The notes beneath the pieces were generated by a model. It saw nothing but the letters and a program-made list of their open reading frames with translations. It did not search any database and was not told the origin of the DNA. DNA of 61,139 nt, the filler included, from Basidiobolus ranarum (Eukaryota), in assembly GCA_040143965.1 (NCBI GenBank). It is 8 parts of 8 records of this genome, joined end to end, with 100 filler letters (N's around TTAATTAATTAA, not from the genome) between each part and the next. Parts side by side here need not be neighbours in the genome. Positions count along the whole stretch, not along the records: positions 38,323 to 45,867 come from JASJQH010001104.1; positions 45,968 to 53,511 come from JASJQH010001105.1; 6 more parts are not named here. The stretch is one strand, 5' to 3'. The translations under genes and the position numbers were made by a program. This document shows, piece after piece, positions 38,323-51,149 of the stretch (within the stretch, counting starts at the first letter, position 1; each line of letters opens with the position of its first letter).

Positions 38323-39610
38323 CGTAATTTGGCAATACTAAATCAGGTAACTTGGTACGGGCTGGCACAATATCTCCAATAAAATCATTGTGTCCAATTG
38401 TGGTGGGATAGTGCCATATTGTTCCTTATAGTGTCCGATCGTGTGTTATAGGACCCAGCCATGGTAATTGATTGCGCCAGACAGTGTACTAGCAGGCTGG
38501 ATTGAGCAGCACAATCTGACCTAGTCCAATGGAACAAGTGTAATATATACAAATCCAATACTTGCAGTCTGCACATTGAAATAAATGCCTTATCGAGTGG
38601 ATAGTGATGGGATTCCAGGTTAATGTGGTTGTATCCTGAAGTTTTCAGGCATTTTCCAAATGGATTCAAACTTTGATTCAATCTCATATGGCTCATTCAG
38701 TTTGAATTTCCACTATACAGCTGACCAAGTAGTATTGGAATGTTGTTGAGTAGTAAGAGCAAAGTGCTTAGTGGGAAAATCTGGCTTTGGCTGTTCTCCT
38801 TTAGCACAGTATTCTTAGGCTCAGAGCTTATCCCAAGCTTGTCATTCTAGTATCTATTTGATGAATTGATATCAGTGAGAATGTTGAAAACCAACAGGGC
38901 TCTTGATGTAAAATTGTGGAGATTAGTGTTGTATTGGGACTGTGGTAATGTGTATGCATGGTAGATTGAACTCTGTTGATCCTACAGAAGCTACAGCAAG
39001 AGAGTGTATTGTGCCCATGAAAACCTCCAAGTCTGGTGATGGTAGGAGTGCCACCAATACAACTAATGATAGTAACTCTAAAAAGATAATCACCCATCTG
39101 AACTCATTTGAGCACTATTCAAATTCCCTAATCAAAGGCTCCAAGAAGCTATCTGTAAGCACTTATGATTTTGGTCAAGATATTATGTATAGTAATAAAA
39201 TATTGTAACATATATACTGTTTGGAAGGAGCAAGATTTTAGTTTATTAAAATTATTGGCTAGCAAGCATTTCTGATGGTGTATTTGTTTAATTAGAAACC
39301 ATCCAGAGTCAACACAAATGCATCATTGTATGTGTTTTCAAAAAAAACTTGAGTTTTCAGATTCTGGTAGTGAGATCCATTAAGTATATTGATAATACCA
39401 TCAGCTTTATGGTGGGTACTTTAGTACTGCATCAATGATTTATATTTGGGTGATTTCATCAAAACTTTAAAAATAGGAATCAATGGTTTACATGCTGAAT
39501 GGCTGCAGTATTTTCCTGGTTTGGTGATTGGCCATCATGTGAACACAACTTCTAGTATTTAAAATCATGTATGAAAGCCCAACCATTTGGACATGAAGGT
39601 AGTTTAACAA
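38323..39610 (-). mobile_element. Degenerate CACTA/EnSpm-type (Transposase_21-like) transposase remnant, copy 1 (boundaries approximate)
   Basis: Fragmented translation: LTLDGF, AC*PIILIN*NLAP, YLFRVTIISCIGGTPTITRLGGFHGHNTLSCCSFC. Many stops and frameshifts. 39361-39609 is homologous to 43187-43443. Confidence 0.65.
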
Positions 39611-41849
39611 CTAAAGAGTTCATTTAACAAGAGCTTTAAACAATTTTGTTGATGCATGAGATGGATTTTGTTGAAAAAGAACACCCACTATGTGAGGGTG
39701 GTATTTTAGGTATATTCTATCAATATCATCAGTGGATTTTGAGACACTGTCACAGATGAGTGATTGGGGAACTACAAGATATTTCTGGAAATGATGGCAA
39801 ATTTGGTTTGTTACAAGTTGTTACAATGCAATTTACAGTAAGTTTACTATCTGAAGATTTCATTGCCATTGAAAAAGCATTCAAAATATAAATCAAAATT
39901 GGCTACCAATGAATATCTTGCAGGCTAGAATTGAAAACTATGCGCAAGAATGGAGCACTTAATTGGTAATCAGTCCAGCAATGAAATGTCAACTTTGGAA
40001 GGTTGCGTTAACATGCCTGGAAGTAACTCAAGTAACAATTAATTATTAATCAACTTAACAGATGTGTTCCTTTCTACTAATAACACAAGTCAACAGATTA
40101 CAATCCGCTAATTGCATGGTTAATTAATAGTTAAACAATGTTTTATAGGAACACCATCAAGACTATCAAGTTCCAAAATGCATACTCTGCCAATTATTGA
40201 ACACCCCTCTGTGGATAATTTGGTTAGAAACACTACAGCTAAGAAATTCTTAGATGGAACACTGTAATGGTTTGCATGGTATTGTAAGTTGAAACTACAA
40301 AGTTGCTATACAGGCTATCATAGGAAATAATTCTGAAACATTGCAATTAATGCAACATTTTGAAGCAGCTAGTTAACAGTTAGAGAGTCACTCAACTATG
40401 ATACAAGACCTTTGGAATGCTCTACTTGAGCTACAGCAACATGATGCTCCCTCTGTCCACTTTTTTATGGGATTTCAATCTATCCCACACCATATATATG
40501 AACATCACCACGACAATCTAGCAGAGCAGTTTATGTGTGAGACCATTAAGCCTACTTGAAAACCCATAATAGCTTGGGCACATAAAAGTAGAAAACCCAT
40601 AGGAAAGCCAGCAAACAAAAAGACTCTCAATTTCAGAGCTGGAGTCACTTGCACTGATGACAAATGGTTTAACATTGTGGAAACTGGGTGAAATCTTGCC
40701 CAAAATGACTCTGAGTTGAGCCAATGGTTGAAAAACCAAAAACCAGGTGCTACTCTGAAAGTTCTTGACTTATTTCATATTGCTTGTCCTGGTTTGGCAA
40801 GCAAATGGCAATTGGCCTGATATAGGCCCAATCATGAAATATCTCAAAAATGTACTCAATTGTTGACTAGGAGAAGAAATAAAAGCAGCTAAAGATGTAC
40901 TCAAAGAGCAGAAGATTAGTAAGCCCAAGAGAAAAACACAGGAGCCAGTGAGTTTTGGCTCCACTGTCTCACTTACCTAATTCTTCCACCATTACAAAGA
41001 TCTGTATTTCTAGAGTCAGTTATACAAGCAGATATACTGGCAATAAGGCTTAATCTTGATATATCTCCAAGCATACCAGTTAGAGGAGTGCAAGAGTGGA
41101 AGTCTATCCAACACCTGGCATCTCTCAAAAAGCTATCACACCAGTAAATAAAACTCATGGCTCACCAAACTTAACTGATACTACTCAAAGGGTCAAGATT
41201 AGCACCAAACTTAAAGCCATGCAACAAGGCAACCAAACACCACAAAGTACATTAAGAAGTGTCATGCTACAAGGAGGTAGAAGTGGAAGTGCTTGAAAAG
41301 TATATTCAAAGTTATTATGGGCAAAATGCAGTGCAAGTATGCAGAAAGTTTCTTCACAAGATAAACATTGAACTGGACTTTCAGTCTGAAGTTGACAATG
41401 CAGATATCTGAGAAAACTCAACACAAAGTGGCATCATATTGCTGGGTATCTGCCAGATAGCGCAAAGAATATTGATTTGGCAACTTTAATACCATGGCGG
41501 GCTTTGATTGAGATATTGATACAAACTCATGTTGTAGATGAGCTAAACCTTGGGTATGAAGAGCTCTACAAACATATTTAAGAGAATATATCAAACAAAC
41601 TAGGGTTTTCAAAGGTGACATATGGGCATTCAAGAGGTCAATATGTAAAATTTAGTAATGTTTTTTACACATGTGTTGATCCACAGTTTTCTGCCACTGT
41701 AGCCAATTATGTGCAACTATTTTGCAAGATCTATAAATTTCACTCCTGAATCTAAAAAATGATCAAAATTAAGTCTAACTTGACAATTTTACAATGGTAA
41801 GTAAATGGTCAATCCAAAATGGATTATAATTGTGATGGTTTTTGTGCAA

Positions 41850-43450
41850 CAACAATCTTCAGATTTGGTTAGGGGCTAATACTGATGATGTTACATAGAG
41901 CATGATTTCATCAAGAGTATGCTCCACTGGGATCTCCAAGTGTATATACCATGAGCTCATAATCTCTGAGCATTGTGAAAGATGCTGCAGGGAAAGTATT
42001 GAATACATGCACAAATTCAGTCTATCTTCTTTAAAGCTATAATAGATTTCTCATGTTCAATTACAAAACCTTCACAGAATCACTGTATCTGCCCCAGATC
42101 TGCCAATTTGAGTTGATGCTATAAGAATATATTAGCCACATCCACAAAGAACTCAAAATGTTGCCAATACTTATGAGGCAAAAATCTTTTCACAATTCCA
42201 CTCAGATGTATATACATTTAATACTTCCAGTCTTTGCACTGGAATATGTGTCTGATTAAGTAAATGTTGATGGAAGTTCTAGTAAATAAAATGGTATCTT
42301 GAAGTTTTCAAGCATTTTCCCAATCATTACAAACATTGCTCTTATCATGTATTGCTCTTTCAGATTTAATTTTCCATTACATAGCTGAGTAAGTAGTATT
42401 GCCATGTGGTTAAATAATTAGTGCATAGTGCCAAATAAGAAGCTCCGACTTGAGCTATTCACCTCAGGCAATATAATCTTAGGCTTACAGCTAATCCCAA
42501 ATTTGATGATCAACTGACTATTTGGTGAATTAATAGCAGTTAGCATGTTAAAATCTGACACGTATCTTGATGGTAAAGTTGTGAAGTTTAGTTTTCTTTT
42601 TGAATAGCAGTAATATGTATGACTGGTAGAGTAAACTTTGTTTTTGGACAGAGTGCACCATTGTAATTGTTTCAGGGTGTAAGCAGCAGCTATAGCTGCA
42701 ATGTCTTAAGGTTTTGTGAGGTGTCCAAAGGATGCAAAAACCACAGTTAAATAGCTTTAGGATGCACTATAATGTGGTTCTGTCTCTTGTCTCTTGGGTC
42801 TTTGTGAAAGGGAATCAAGCCTCCAGAAATGTTTAAGGACTGCTAAACCACAATGCAATGTCCAGCTTTCTTATTAATAATATACTGGTGCCTGACAAAA
42901 GAATATACTGGCTTCACCATCCTTTGAGAATGATCAGATAAAAAGGGTATATCCTATCAAAAACAACTGTAAACTCAGCCAGCAGGGTCTTGAATGAAGA
43001 TGCACTAGTAAGGATTTATCCAAGGATATGAAAAGTTCCTTGCCTATGCAGACAAAGCTTGGGAGAAGCTAGTTGGAATTATTGGCCAGCAAGCCTTTCC
43101 AATGGTAAATTATATAGTGAGTTACCAGCCAGAGACAGTGCAAATTAATGATCATACATGTTCTCAAAGAGACCTTGACTCTTTAGATTCTGGTAGTCAT
43201 ATCCATGAAGTATATTGATAAAAGCATCAGCTTTATGGTGAGTACTTTTGTATTGGATCAATAAACTATATTTGAGTTTCTTCATTCAACCTTTAAGACA
43301 AGGAATCAGTAGTATATATGCTTAATATGAAAAATATTTTCCTGATTAAGTGATTGCTAATTATGTGCAATTAGTACATGACTTCAGGTACTTCAGATCA
43401 CCAGTAAAAGCCAAAAACCATTTGGACATGAAGGTAGTTTACATGCTGAG
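41850..43450 (-). mobile_element. Degenerate CACTA/EnSpm-type transposase remnant, copy 2 (boundaries approximate)
   Basis: Fragmented translation: SCPNG.LAFTGDLKYLKSCTNC, YILLIPCLK, HGYDYQNLKSQGLF, ACWPII, HFEFFVDVANIL and EIYYSFKEDRLNLC...LQHL...EIPVEH. Confidence 0.6.
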
Positions 43451-43519
43451 GGATTCTAAGTCATGCAATTGACAAGTGTTTTCCACTTTTACCAGGTCTC
43501 TGACAAGCAGCAGTGTCTG

Positions 43520-45560
43520 TGAGGCTGGTTCATATATATCTCCCCAGCAAGCTCACCATTCACAAAAGTAGCTTTAACATCCATGAGTTTAATAATAAAC
43601 TGATATTTGTCTGAAGTTGAGAATCAAACTAATCAAATTAAACTCTGCCATAGGAGCAAAAGTTTCTGTAAAATCTATTCCTGGTGTTTAGGGATAGCCT
43701 TTTGCTACTAGTCTAGCATTGAAACTGTCAATATTGCCTTCAGAGTTGTATCTAACTTTATACACCCATTGGCAGCCAATTGATTTAATATCATTGGGTA
43801 AGTTGGTTAAATCCAAGTTTGATGATCAATCAAAGCTCAGCACTCATCATCCACTGCAGATCTGTAGACAAAACTATGTTTGAAAGGTCAACAGGAACGC
43901 TATTTTCTTCATTGTTTTAGCTTGAATTGATTTAACTGATTGGATCAGAAGAAAATTGACTTCATCATCATCCAAGGTCATTTTTTGGTGAAAATGTTTT
44001 AATTCCATTTAACAAAACATTCCTGTACTTGGTTAACTTTGAAAATTTGGCACCATAAAGTCTGTAGGACTTAATTTTAGAGCAATAACCAAGAGATATG
44101 CATTTTTTACTCTTTGGATCAAATTCAGACTGATTTGTGGGTGTAATTTTGACATAAGCAATGCATCCCAAGAACCTGAAATATTTTACATCTGGTTTAA
44201 CTCCAAACCAAGCTTGATATAGTGCAGAAATAGACAGACTTCCTGTAAAACTCTTATTTTTCAGATACACAGCTGTGGCAACAGACTGCATCCACAAGTT
44301 ATGAGATAAATATTGCACATTTACCATATATTCTGCTATTTCTGTTATAGTCCTGTTAGCTCTTTCAGCAACTCCATTTTTTTGCAGTGAATAGGGGGCA
44401 GAGGTTATAGCTCAATTCCTTTATTTTGCAAAAGTGAATAAATAGTGTTGAAGTATATTCTTCACCATTTTCAGTACATTTTTTTGTTCATTGTTGTTCC
44501 AGTTTCAATCTCCCCTGTGCTAGAAAATCTCTCAAAATAGAGAGAGCTTCTGCTTTTCTCTCCATAAAGTAGACCAAGTGTCTCTTGCATATTCATTCAT
44601 GATGTTACTAAATATCTTTTTCCACCTAAAGATATATTTTGCATAGGTCTACACAAATCTAAATGGAGTAGATCCAATTTTTTGACAGATTAAAATAAAC
44701 CGGAGCTCTTGAATGGTTGCCTGGCTTGTTTTCCATATATACAACCCTCACTAACTTCCAGTTTGGTTGGGAGGTTAAGTTGAATTCCAGAAATTAGGCA
44801 GTTTTTAATCTTTTACTCAAATAAACAAATCCAAAATGGTCAAATCTCTTATGCCATAGTTGAATGGTTTCTTGATTGGAATAACTTCAATTTACAAACA
44901 AATCTGTTGGACTATGTGCGAGTTTGTATAGGATCTGATTCTTTTCTTAACAAGCTAAATAACTCCCATATTGATCAGTAATGGTGCACCCTGACTTATT
45001 GATGTTGAATTTTCAGTCTTCTGAGGTGCTATGCATATAAATATTAAATTTTTGGCAATATCTGGAAAATGTAGTACATTGTGAAAAGTATTCACTTTCT
45101 GTTCAAAAGCTCCAGTTAAATTGACTAGAATTGTTCCCATTGCAATGGCATCAAATGTGCAGTGATCTCACATGAATACTTTTCTAATTGGTATTTCTTC
45201 ATAATCCACACACATATGTTTTCAACTGTCAAATGTTCCGAGGCTTCAGAAGCAATATACCACATCAGAGAATCCTTCTTTCTAGTCTTGAACAGAGCAT
45301 ATATGAACAAGTGATCTTCTGATGCAACCACATCTTCAGATTCAGGACATTTTTTTTTGCAATTCTTGTAGAGCAATCTTTGCTTATATGGCCAGTATTG
45401 ATACAGTAATCACAGTAAGTGTTACTTTTCTTCTTAAAGTGGTTTTGGCCTTTATATGAAGGTTTCCCATAGCCTATTAGAGCATTTTCTTCATTCTTTT
45501 GGTTGGATCCTGATTTGCATAAATCTTCATCCAGAAGTCTGCTAAATAGTCATCTAGAGA
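43520..45560 (-). mobile_element. Degenerate Ty1/copia LTR-retrotransposon gag-pol remnant
   Basis: Copia domain order: Zn knuckle CDYCINTGHISKDC (~45375-45420), protease WYIASEASEHLT, pre-integrase LWHKRFDH, integrase LHLDLC...NGVAERANRTI...FGVKPDVKYFRFLGC, then RT PIGCQWVYK...ARLVAKGY..GIDFTETFAP...MDVKATFVNGEL..EIYMNQP, where it breaks off. Confidence 0.9.
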
Positions 45561-45867
45561 TAGTGGTCTGGATGAACCTGATATTAGTGATAAGCATCCT
45601 TTGCATTCAACTTTGAGAAAACTTGAACTCCAGAGAGTGAAGAAAAAAAGTTATTAATCCTAGAGATGGGAAATTTTTTTTCAGTAGTAGCTTGTTTAGA
45701 GGTCTGGGATCTAACAAGGTACATTTGGCATAAGATTTCCTTCTGTCTCATTTGTGGGAGCTAAAGTCACATGGCTGTTGATCTCACAGTGAGGAACTGG
45801 ACAAGGACTGGAAACAATGACAAGAGGCTAGAAGGCAGGAGAGTGATTTGGTGTACACCACAAGACA

Positions 45868-45967
45868 NNNNNNNNNNNNNNNNNNNNNNNNNNNNNNNNN
45901 NNNNNNNNNNNTTAATTAATTAANNNNNNNNNNNNNNNNNNNNNNNNNNNNNNNNNNNNNNNNNNNN
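45868..45967. other. Artificial contig spacer
   Basis: N-flanked TTAATTAATTAA linker. Confidence 0.97.
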
Positions 45968-46400
45968 TAGTAAAAGTGTAGCAAGTGAAGTTAATGTCTA
46001 GTAATCTTAAGTAAGATAGTTTCAAAGAATCATTCAAATGAGACCAATAGCACATATACCTATCTTTAAGTAAGTGAAGAGAAACATTTTACTGAATCAT
46101 TAATTTTTTCCTTGAACAGTTCTTTATGTTATGAAAGTGATTCCACCAATCCTGAAGGCATCAATGCAGCAACATTTGAAGCAATACTTCCCCCAAAACT
46201 TTCACAATTTGTACAATGTTAGTGAAAAACCATGTCTAGATCAGAAATAAATCCTGAAGGGGTTATGTTTTGTCTTCCACATAGTAGCAAGTATATGCAT
46301 CAAAAATTGATCTACTCAATGAAGTAATTATGATGGCTAGTTCGCATTAAATGTACTAGATTGGTGAAAGGGAGGATGCAAATATTTGTATATTGTACAA

Positions 46401-46496
46401 TTGAGAATAATGGGTAATATCTTAGTGTAATATAAGATAGCTAAGTACTAAGCTATATATGACTATATAGGTGTTTAGGCAATGCTAATTTCAGCA
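46401..46496 (-). repeat. 5' fragment of the TG...CA repeat (inverted)
   Basis: aagctatatatgactatataggtgtttaggcaatgctaatttcagca is the reverse complement of the repeat start. Confidence 0.8.
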
Positions 46497-48269
46497 TATA
46501 TATTATTCAATTTTAAACCCCCAATACTAAACTGTTGACTATGCAGTCATTGGGACAAGCATAGAACTTAGTATTCCTGTACATGCCAGACTCATATTTT
46601 TGACTTTCAATAGTCTCAGATGTACAAGTGAGAGATTTTAGCTCCACTAGCTATTACTCCCACTCTCAAAAATTCTTTTGCCACCTCATTCCAGTCATTC
46701 ACCTTGTATGCCACTTATCAAACTGTTGGAGATAAGCTATTGAATCAAGCCCGTTTGGGTGCATAAATCTGTAGTTACAAGGGCTACAGAACACGACCCC
46801 TTTGAGGTTTATTTCTGAGACATTCTTTTTTACTAGCATTTAGTAAATTATAAAGAGGTTGGGAAAAATAGTATCTCTAAAGTCACTTTTACTTTTCATT
46901 GATGGCTGAGAAGCAGTATTTTCTTTGTATATGTGAATTTAAAATTGTTATTAATATGTAAATTTTTAGCATATTGATTATTTGCTATTTTGGTAAGCGC
47001 TTGTGTACAATTTATTGATTGTGAGAGATTTACTTGGTGCTAGCCAACAAGATTTATATAGGACATGTAAAGACCATGGCTAAAGCCATAATGTTAAAAC
47101 TTGGGCTCTTATATGATGTAGAATTCAGAAATATAACTGATAATTTACAATTTTAGTATAAAAAACAAGTTGGCTTAAAACTGAATCACTCACTGCACTG
47201 AATATAGGTGTGTATAATATCACCAAGATTGGTAGAAGCACTTTCACAACATGAAGAAATATCATTTGGACTCTGCTTAAGCAGTGTGACAAATAGCATA
47301 TTAAAGCATGGAGTAAATGACGAGATATTATCATTTGAAAAAATGGATGCAAAAAAATGAATCAGTTTTGAGCGATAGTGTATATACAATCTACCCTGCT
47401 CCATATTTCCCATATATCCTATACATTAGATCTGTTCCGTCAGACTAAGGTTTCAGATCTGCGGTTCAAATAACAAAGTTAAAATGCTCCAACCTCATTG
47501 TGGGAGTGCTAAACAGTACCGGATTAAGCAGGATCAATCTTAGAGCCTTTTATCCAGCACTATATACCGCATCATGTGGCAATACAAGATGGAACAAGCT
47601 CATTATTGCTAAGTCACCAACATTTCCCACTCGTGAATACACGAGTATTTATGTGCTTAGACATAATTAGTTCTCTGTTCTTGGATTGTTTGCGTACTCA
47701 TTAACTCCGACTTCACATGGATGGTTAGTACACTATGGATAACCCCGTATCAACAAGTATTCGATTTGGGTTTCTAGAGTGAGTGGTACAAGTAACAAAG
47801 CTAAAACAGTATAAACTTGATTCATATATTGCTAACTAGAGAATGTAGCTTATTGCAATCAAAGCCTAGTAACACTTAACAAAATCACACATCGTAGAGC
47901 ATGTGAAAATATATTACGGATTATTTTACTCTCAGAGTGATATTGGATAAGCAGTGACTATGTTTAACATAACGATATGAGATAAATTCCACGTTTCTCT
48001 ATTTATTACTACAGGAAATCATATCTAATTGCAGTCCGTATCAAAAGAATAATGGCAAGTAGATGTGCTTAAGTTTATTATCATAATAGAATGAACAAAA
48101 TGCTGGATTCAAGGTTAATGATGGCTCTGGTATATACTGTATTGGGGGGAGTTATCTTTTGTACTAAAGCACAACAGCATGCTTATTAGCTCTAAAATAT
48201 ACACGCTAATCGGAGAAAAAAGATGGAATCAGGAAAGAGGTATAGGAAGTTAGCAAAGGCTAGGTATCA

Positions 48270-49541
48270 TTACTTGCGTCGTTTGGTGCAAGTATAGCGC
48301 ATGGGATATACATTAGAAAAGGCTTCCACATCTTCAACATCTGTGTTACCAGGGTGGGTGTCCTTCAAATTACAAAGACCATTGGCAAATGACCATGATA
48401 TGCATCGAGAATCCCTTTCACATCTTGATCGACACTCGTCCATGTGCGTAGTATTAACTTCCTCATAGTCACCACCAAGGCGAACTAGTTTGTTAGCTGC
48501 GTTATGGTTCAGATGCTTGTAACGATCCATAACATCCGAATAGGTAACAAATCCATTCATCTTCTTTTCGGTTTCATATAGTAATTGAATTTGCTGCGGC
48601 AGTAAATGGTGGAAAGTAATTGGTCGTGTACATGGATTCTGCTCTAGGAAGGGAAATTTCATATTTGGGGGAGCTCCGTTAAAGTCAACTTGAGGTGTAA
48701 TTAATACTCCAGCATCTCTCAAGCAAAGAGCCAGACGAATATCACCAGCCCAACAGTCTCTGTATCGATCAATACAACTTTCTACTATCTTCAACATCTT
48801 CTTCATGGCTCCACTGGAGACAACTATTCCACTGCCTCCATGAGCGAAGTTGGGACCGTCTCCGAAATGTTGGATTCCATCACAGCCAGTGAAAACGCTA
48901 CTTAATCCAAGATAATGAGGTTTAGAAGGGTCAAGTTTTAGACTTTTGATGCGATCTCTAAGATTGTCAAAGAACATATAGGTGTCATCGTCGATCATTA
49001 TATACCATTCGGCAAGTGGAAATTTCTCATATAGAAGACGCATGCCGGGAAGATTTTTATGTGCATCTAATTTCCAACCTATACTTTCTTGGTTAACTAC
49101 AACGCCATCTTTATCTCGTCTTTTTAGCTGATGAGTAGTGTTCTTGGTATGAGAGATAGTCTCGAATTCAGGACTACGACGAGACTTGGGAGGGTTATTA
49201 AGGGTGCCCGTATATACATCGTAAACAGGAATGTCACCGAGGGAGACTTCCGACGATTCAGCAATTAAAATGACATTTCTAACATCTCGGAGAAAAGTGT
49301 TGGTTTGAATTGCGCAACGCTCCGCAACGACTTCCAAACCTGTTTTAACTGCGACAGCAAATTCGGGATATGCTTCAGAAGAGCTTTGTAATTGCTTGAT
49401 TGTTGATTGGCTCTTGGATGTGAGATTATTTACTGAAGATGGATTGAAAGGAATGGGATAAAAAAAGAAATAGAACAGTGAGAAAAAGAGACTAAAAAAT
49501 AGTATCAAAAATACTAGACGCACCGTTTGTGTTGAAGTCAT
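48270..49541 (-). CDS. GT31 (Fringe/C1GALT1-like) type II membrane glycosyltransferase with a C-terminal PAN/Apple-like domain
   Basis: N-terminal TM, AVAVKTG, GWKLDAHKNLPG, EWYIMIDDDTY (DxD), FAHGGSGIVVS, AGDIRLALC and PITFHH. The C-terminus reads ECRSRCERDSRCISWSFANGLCNLK. First ATG at 49541. Confidence 0.85.
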   Translation of the reverse strand: MTSTQTVRLVFLILFFSLFFSLFYFFFYPIPFNPSSVNNLTSKSQSTIKQLQSSSEAYPEFAVAVKTGLEVVAERCAIQTNTFLRDVRNVILIAESSEVSLGDIPVYDVYTGTLNNPPKSRRSPEFETISHTKNTTHQLKRRDKDGVVVNQESIGWKLDAHKNLPGMRLLYEKFPLAEWYIMIDDDTYMFFDNLRDRIKSLKLDPSKPHYLGLSSVFTGCDGIQHFGDGPNFAHGGSGIVVSSGAMKKMLKIVESCIDRYRDCWAGDIRLALCLRDAGVLITPQVDFNGAPPNMKFPFLEQNPCTRPITFHHLLPQQIQLLYETEKKMNGFVTYSDVMDRYKHLNHNAANKLVRLGGDYEEVNTTHMDECRSRCERDSRCISWSFANGLCNLKDTHPGNTDVEDVEAFSNVYPMRYTCTKRRK

Positions 49542-51149
49542 GATTTTGTGTAAAAGAAGCACGAGCAGCTCTCAGATATATATTTGCTTTTTTGCCAAGT
49601 CCCTAGATCGGACTCCCATGGGAATAGCCGCTTCTAAAAGTGGGGCATGCTCTTGCCATATCCACTCCTTGTCAGGAAATGGGAGCAATATATATGATCA
49701 TTATAAATGCAAACAGGCGCATGGTCCAAGATATTGGTGTTAATCTTGTGGGTATGTTGATAGCCTGGAATGTACTACGGTGTTGCCGGGAATACCTGTC
49801 GGGAATACCCACTCTTTTCTTTCCTTCTACCAAACATCTTAGTTTTCTTATCAGCCGTATCATTCACTGGCTATAGTCACTGGCCACAAAATCTAAATTA
49901 GAGATTGCATTACACACTTTGTGTTACACGCCCGGTGGTGCCATACTCAAAGATGTGATACAGTTCGTAGCCAAGATGCTATTTGAACTGAATTGGGCGT
50001 TGAATGTACTCTGTCTATTCATGCCAATTTTAGTAATTCTTGTTACACAAACCCGGTGATTCTACAATACAAATATAAAGTGTAAATAGTATCCGTTCTG
50101 GAATAAACCAACATCGAGCCAGGTGGACATTATTGGTTACTTACTAACAAATCAAGAATCAAGAAGTAAACATTTGCTATTCAATCCATAATACGATGCT
50201 ATTTTCGCATTAATAAAATTACCAAATTAGTATGTTCCATAGTTTTCAGTATCTGATATTAACCTTAACCCTAGCCCTTACCCAGGATCTTCAACAATGA
50301 TGATGTCTTGAATCTCGGCAATGAGCATAACTGATGCAACGTGTGTAGCGGATGGTATCTTAATTTGGTGACTCAAATTGAAGATTCAACAGTGCTGATG
50401 ATTTCAAGTTGTATGAGTGGCTTATACCCGGTTTTCTCTCATTCCAGACTATTCCTGTACTTACCTACGCTATCAAACAACCTAAAACTTACATTACCCT
50501 TGCTTGGTGCCAAAGAACATACAATGCTACTCATGTCTTAGAATTTACCATCAATTCTGGATAGTAGCAGTAGTATTCTATACACAACATTTGGAAGCAA
50601 AGTTCGAGCTATCCTAATGTGTTGATGCCAAGAAATGGGTTTACTAAACAGAGATTATATTCCGAATGACGTCTTATTAGATCTGGAAAAGATAATCACC
50701 ACGTGATGAGATACAATTTTCAGGAATAACATTGACATAAAAACGTGGAGGTAAACATGATGGCATATTGACAGGTGCGGCAGGGTCTAATCTCATCACA
50801 GTTGATGAAATTACAACAAAAACTTAGTAAGATCTTCTCAATTAGAGATTTTTTTATGTTCACTTCAGCAACGAATTCGATCAAAACAGTCTATGTAACA
50901 CATAGGCTCACGATAATCTTGACTTCGGCAACTACGGTCACTAAATCACTCAACTACTAACCGCTCAACTTCGTTTATACTTATGTGTTGGTTGAACGAC
51001 ATCATTTGACGCACTGCCGATTGTCGTAATATCAAAACGTTTCATCTTTGGTATAGAGGAGCGGTAACTACTGTTTATTTTGAATACTGCTATTCCACGG
51101 AATACGGACATCAATAGAAAAATTCAATATTCATTGTAGTGGGTTAAAT

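Noticed and set aside
43187-43260. HKADA motif as a Ty3/gypsy RNase H end
   Set aside because: The surrounding frame fits a CACTA-type transposase (CPNG.LAFTG...CxxC...YILLIP...HGYDY) better.
46520-46850. Possible gypsy integrase remnant (…TRATEHDPFEVYF)
   Set aside because: Too degenerate to support without a profile search.
50259-50285. Telomere-like CCCTAA variants (also ~3211-3227 and ~37085-37098)
   Set aside because: Only 2-4 degenerate units in internal positions; compatible with chance.
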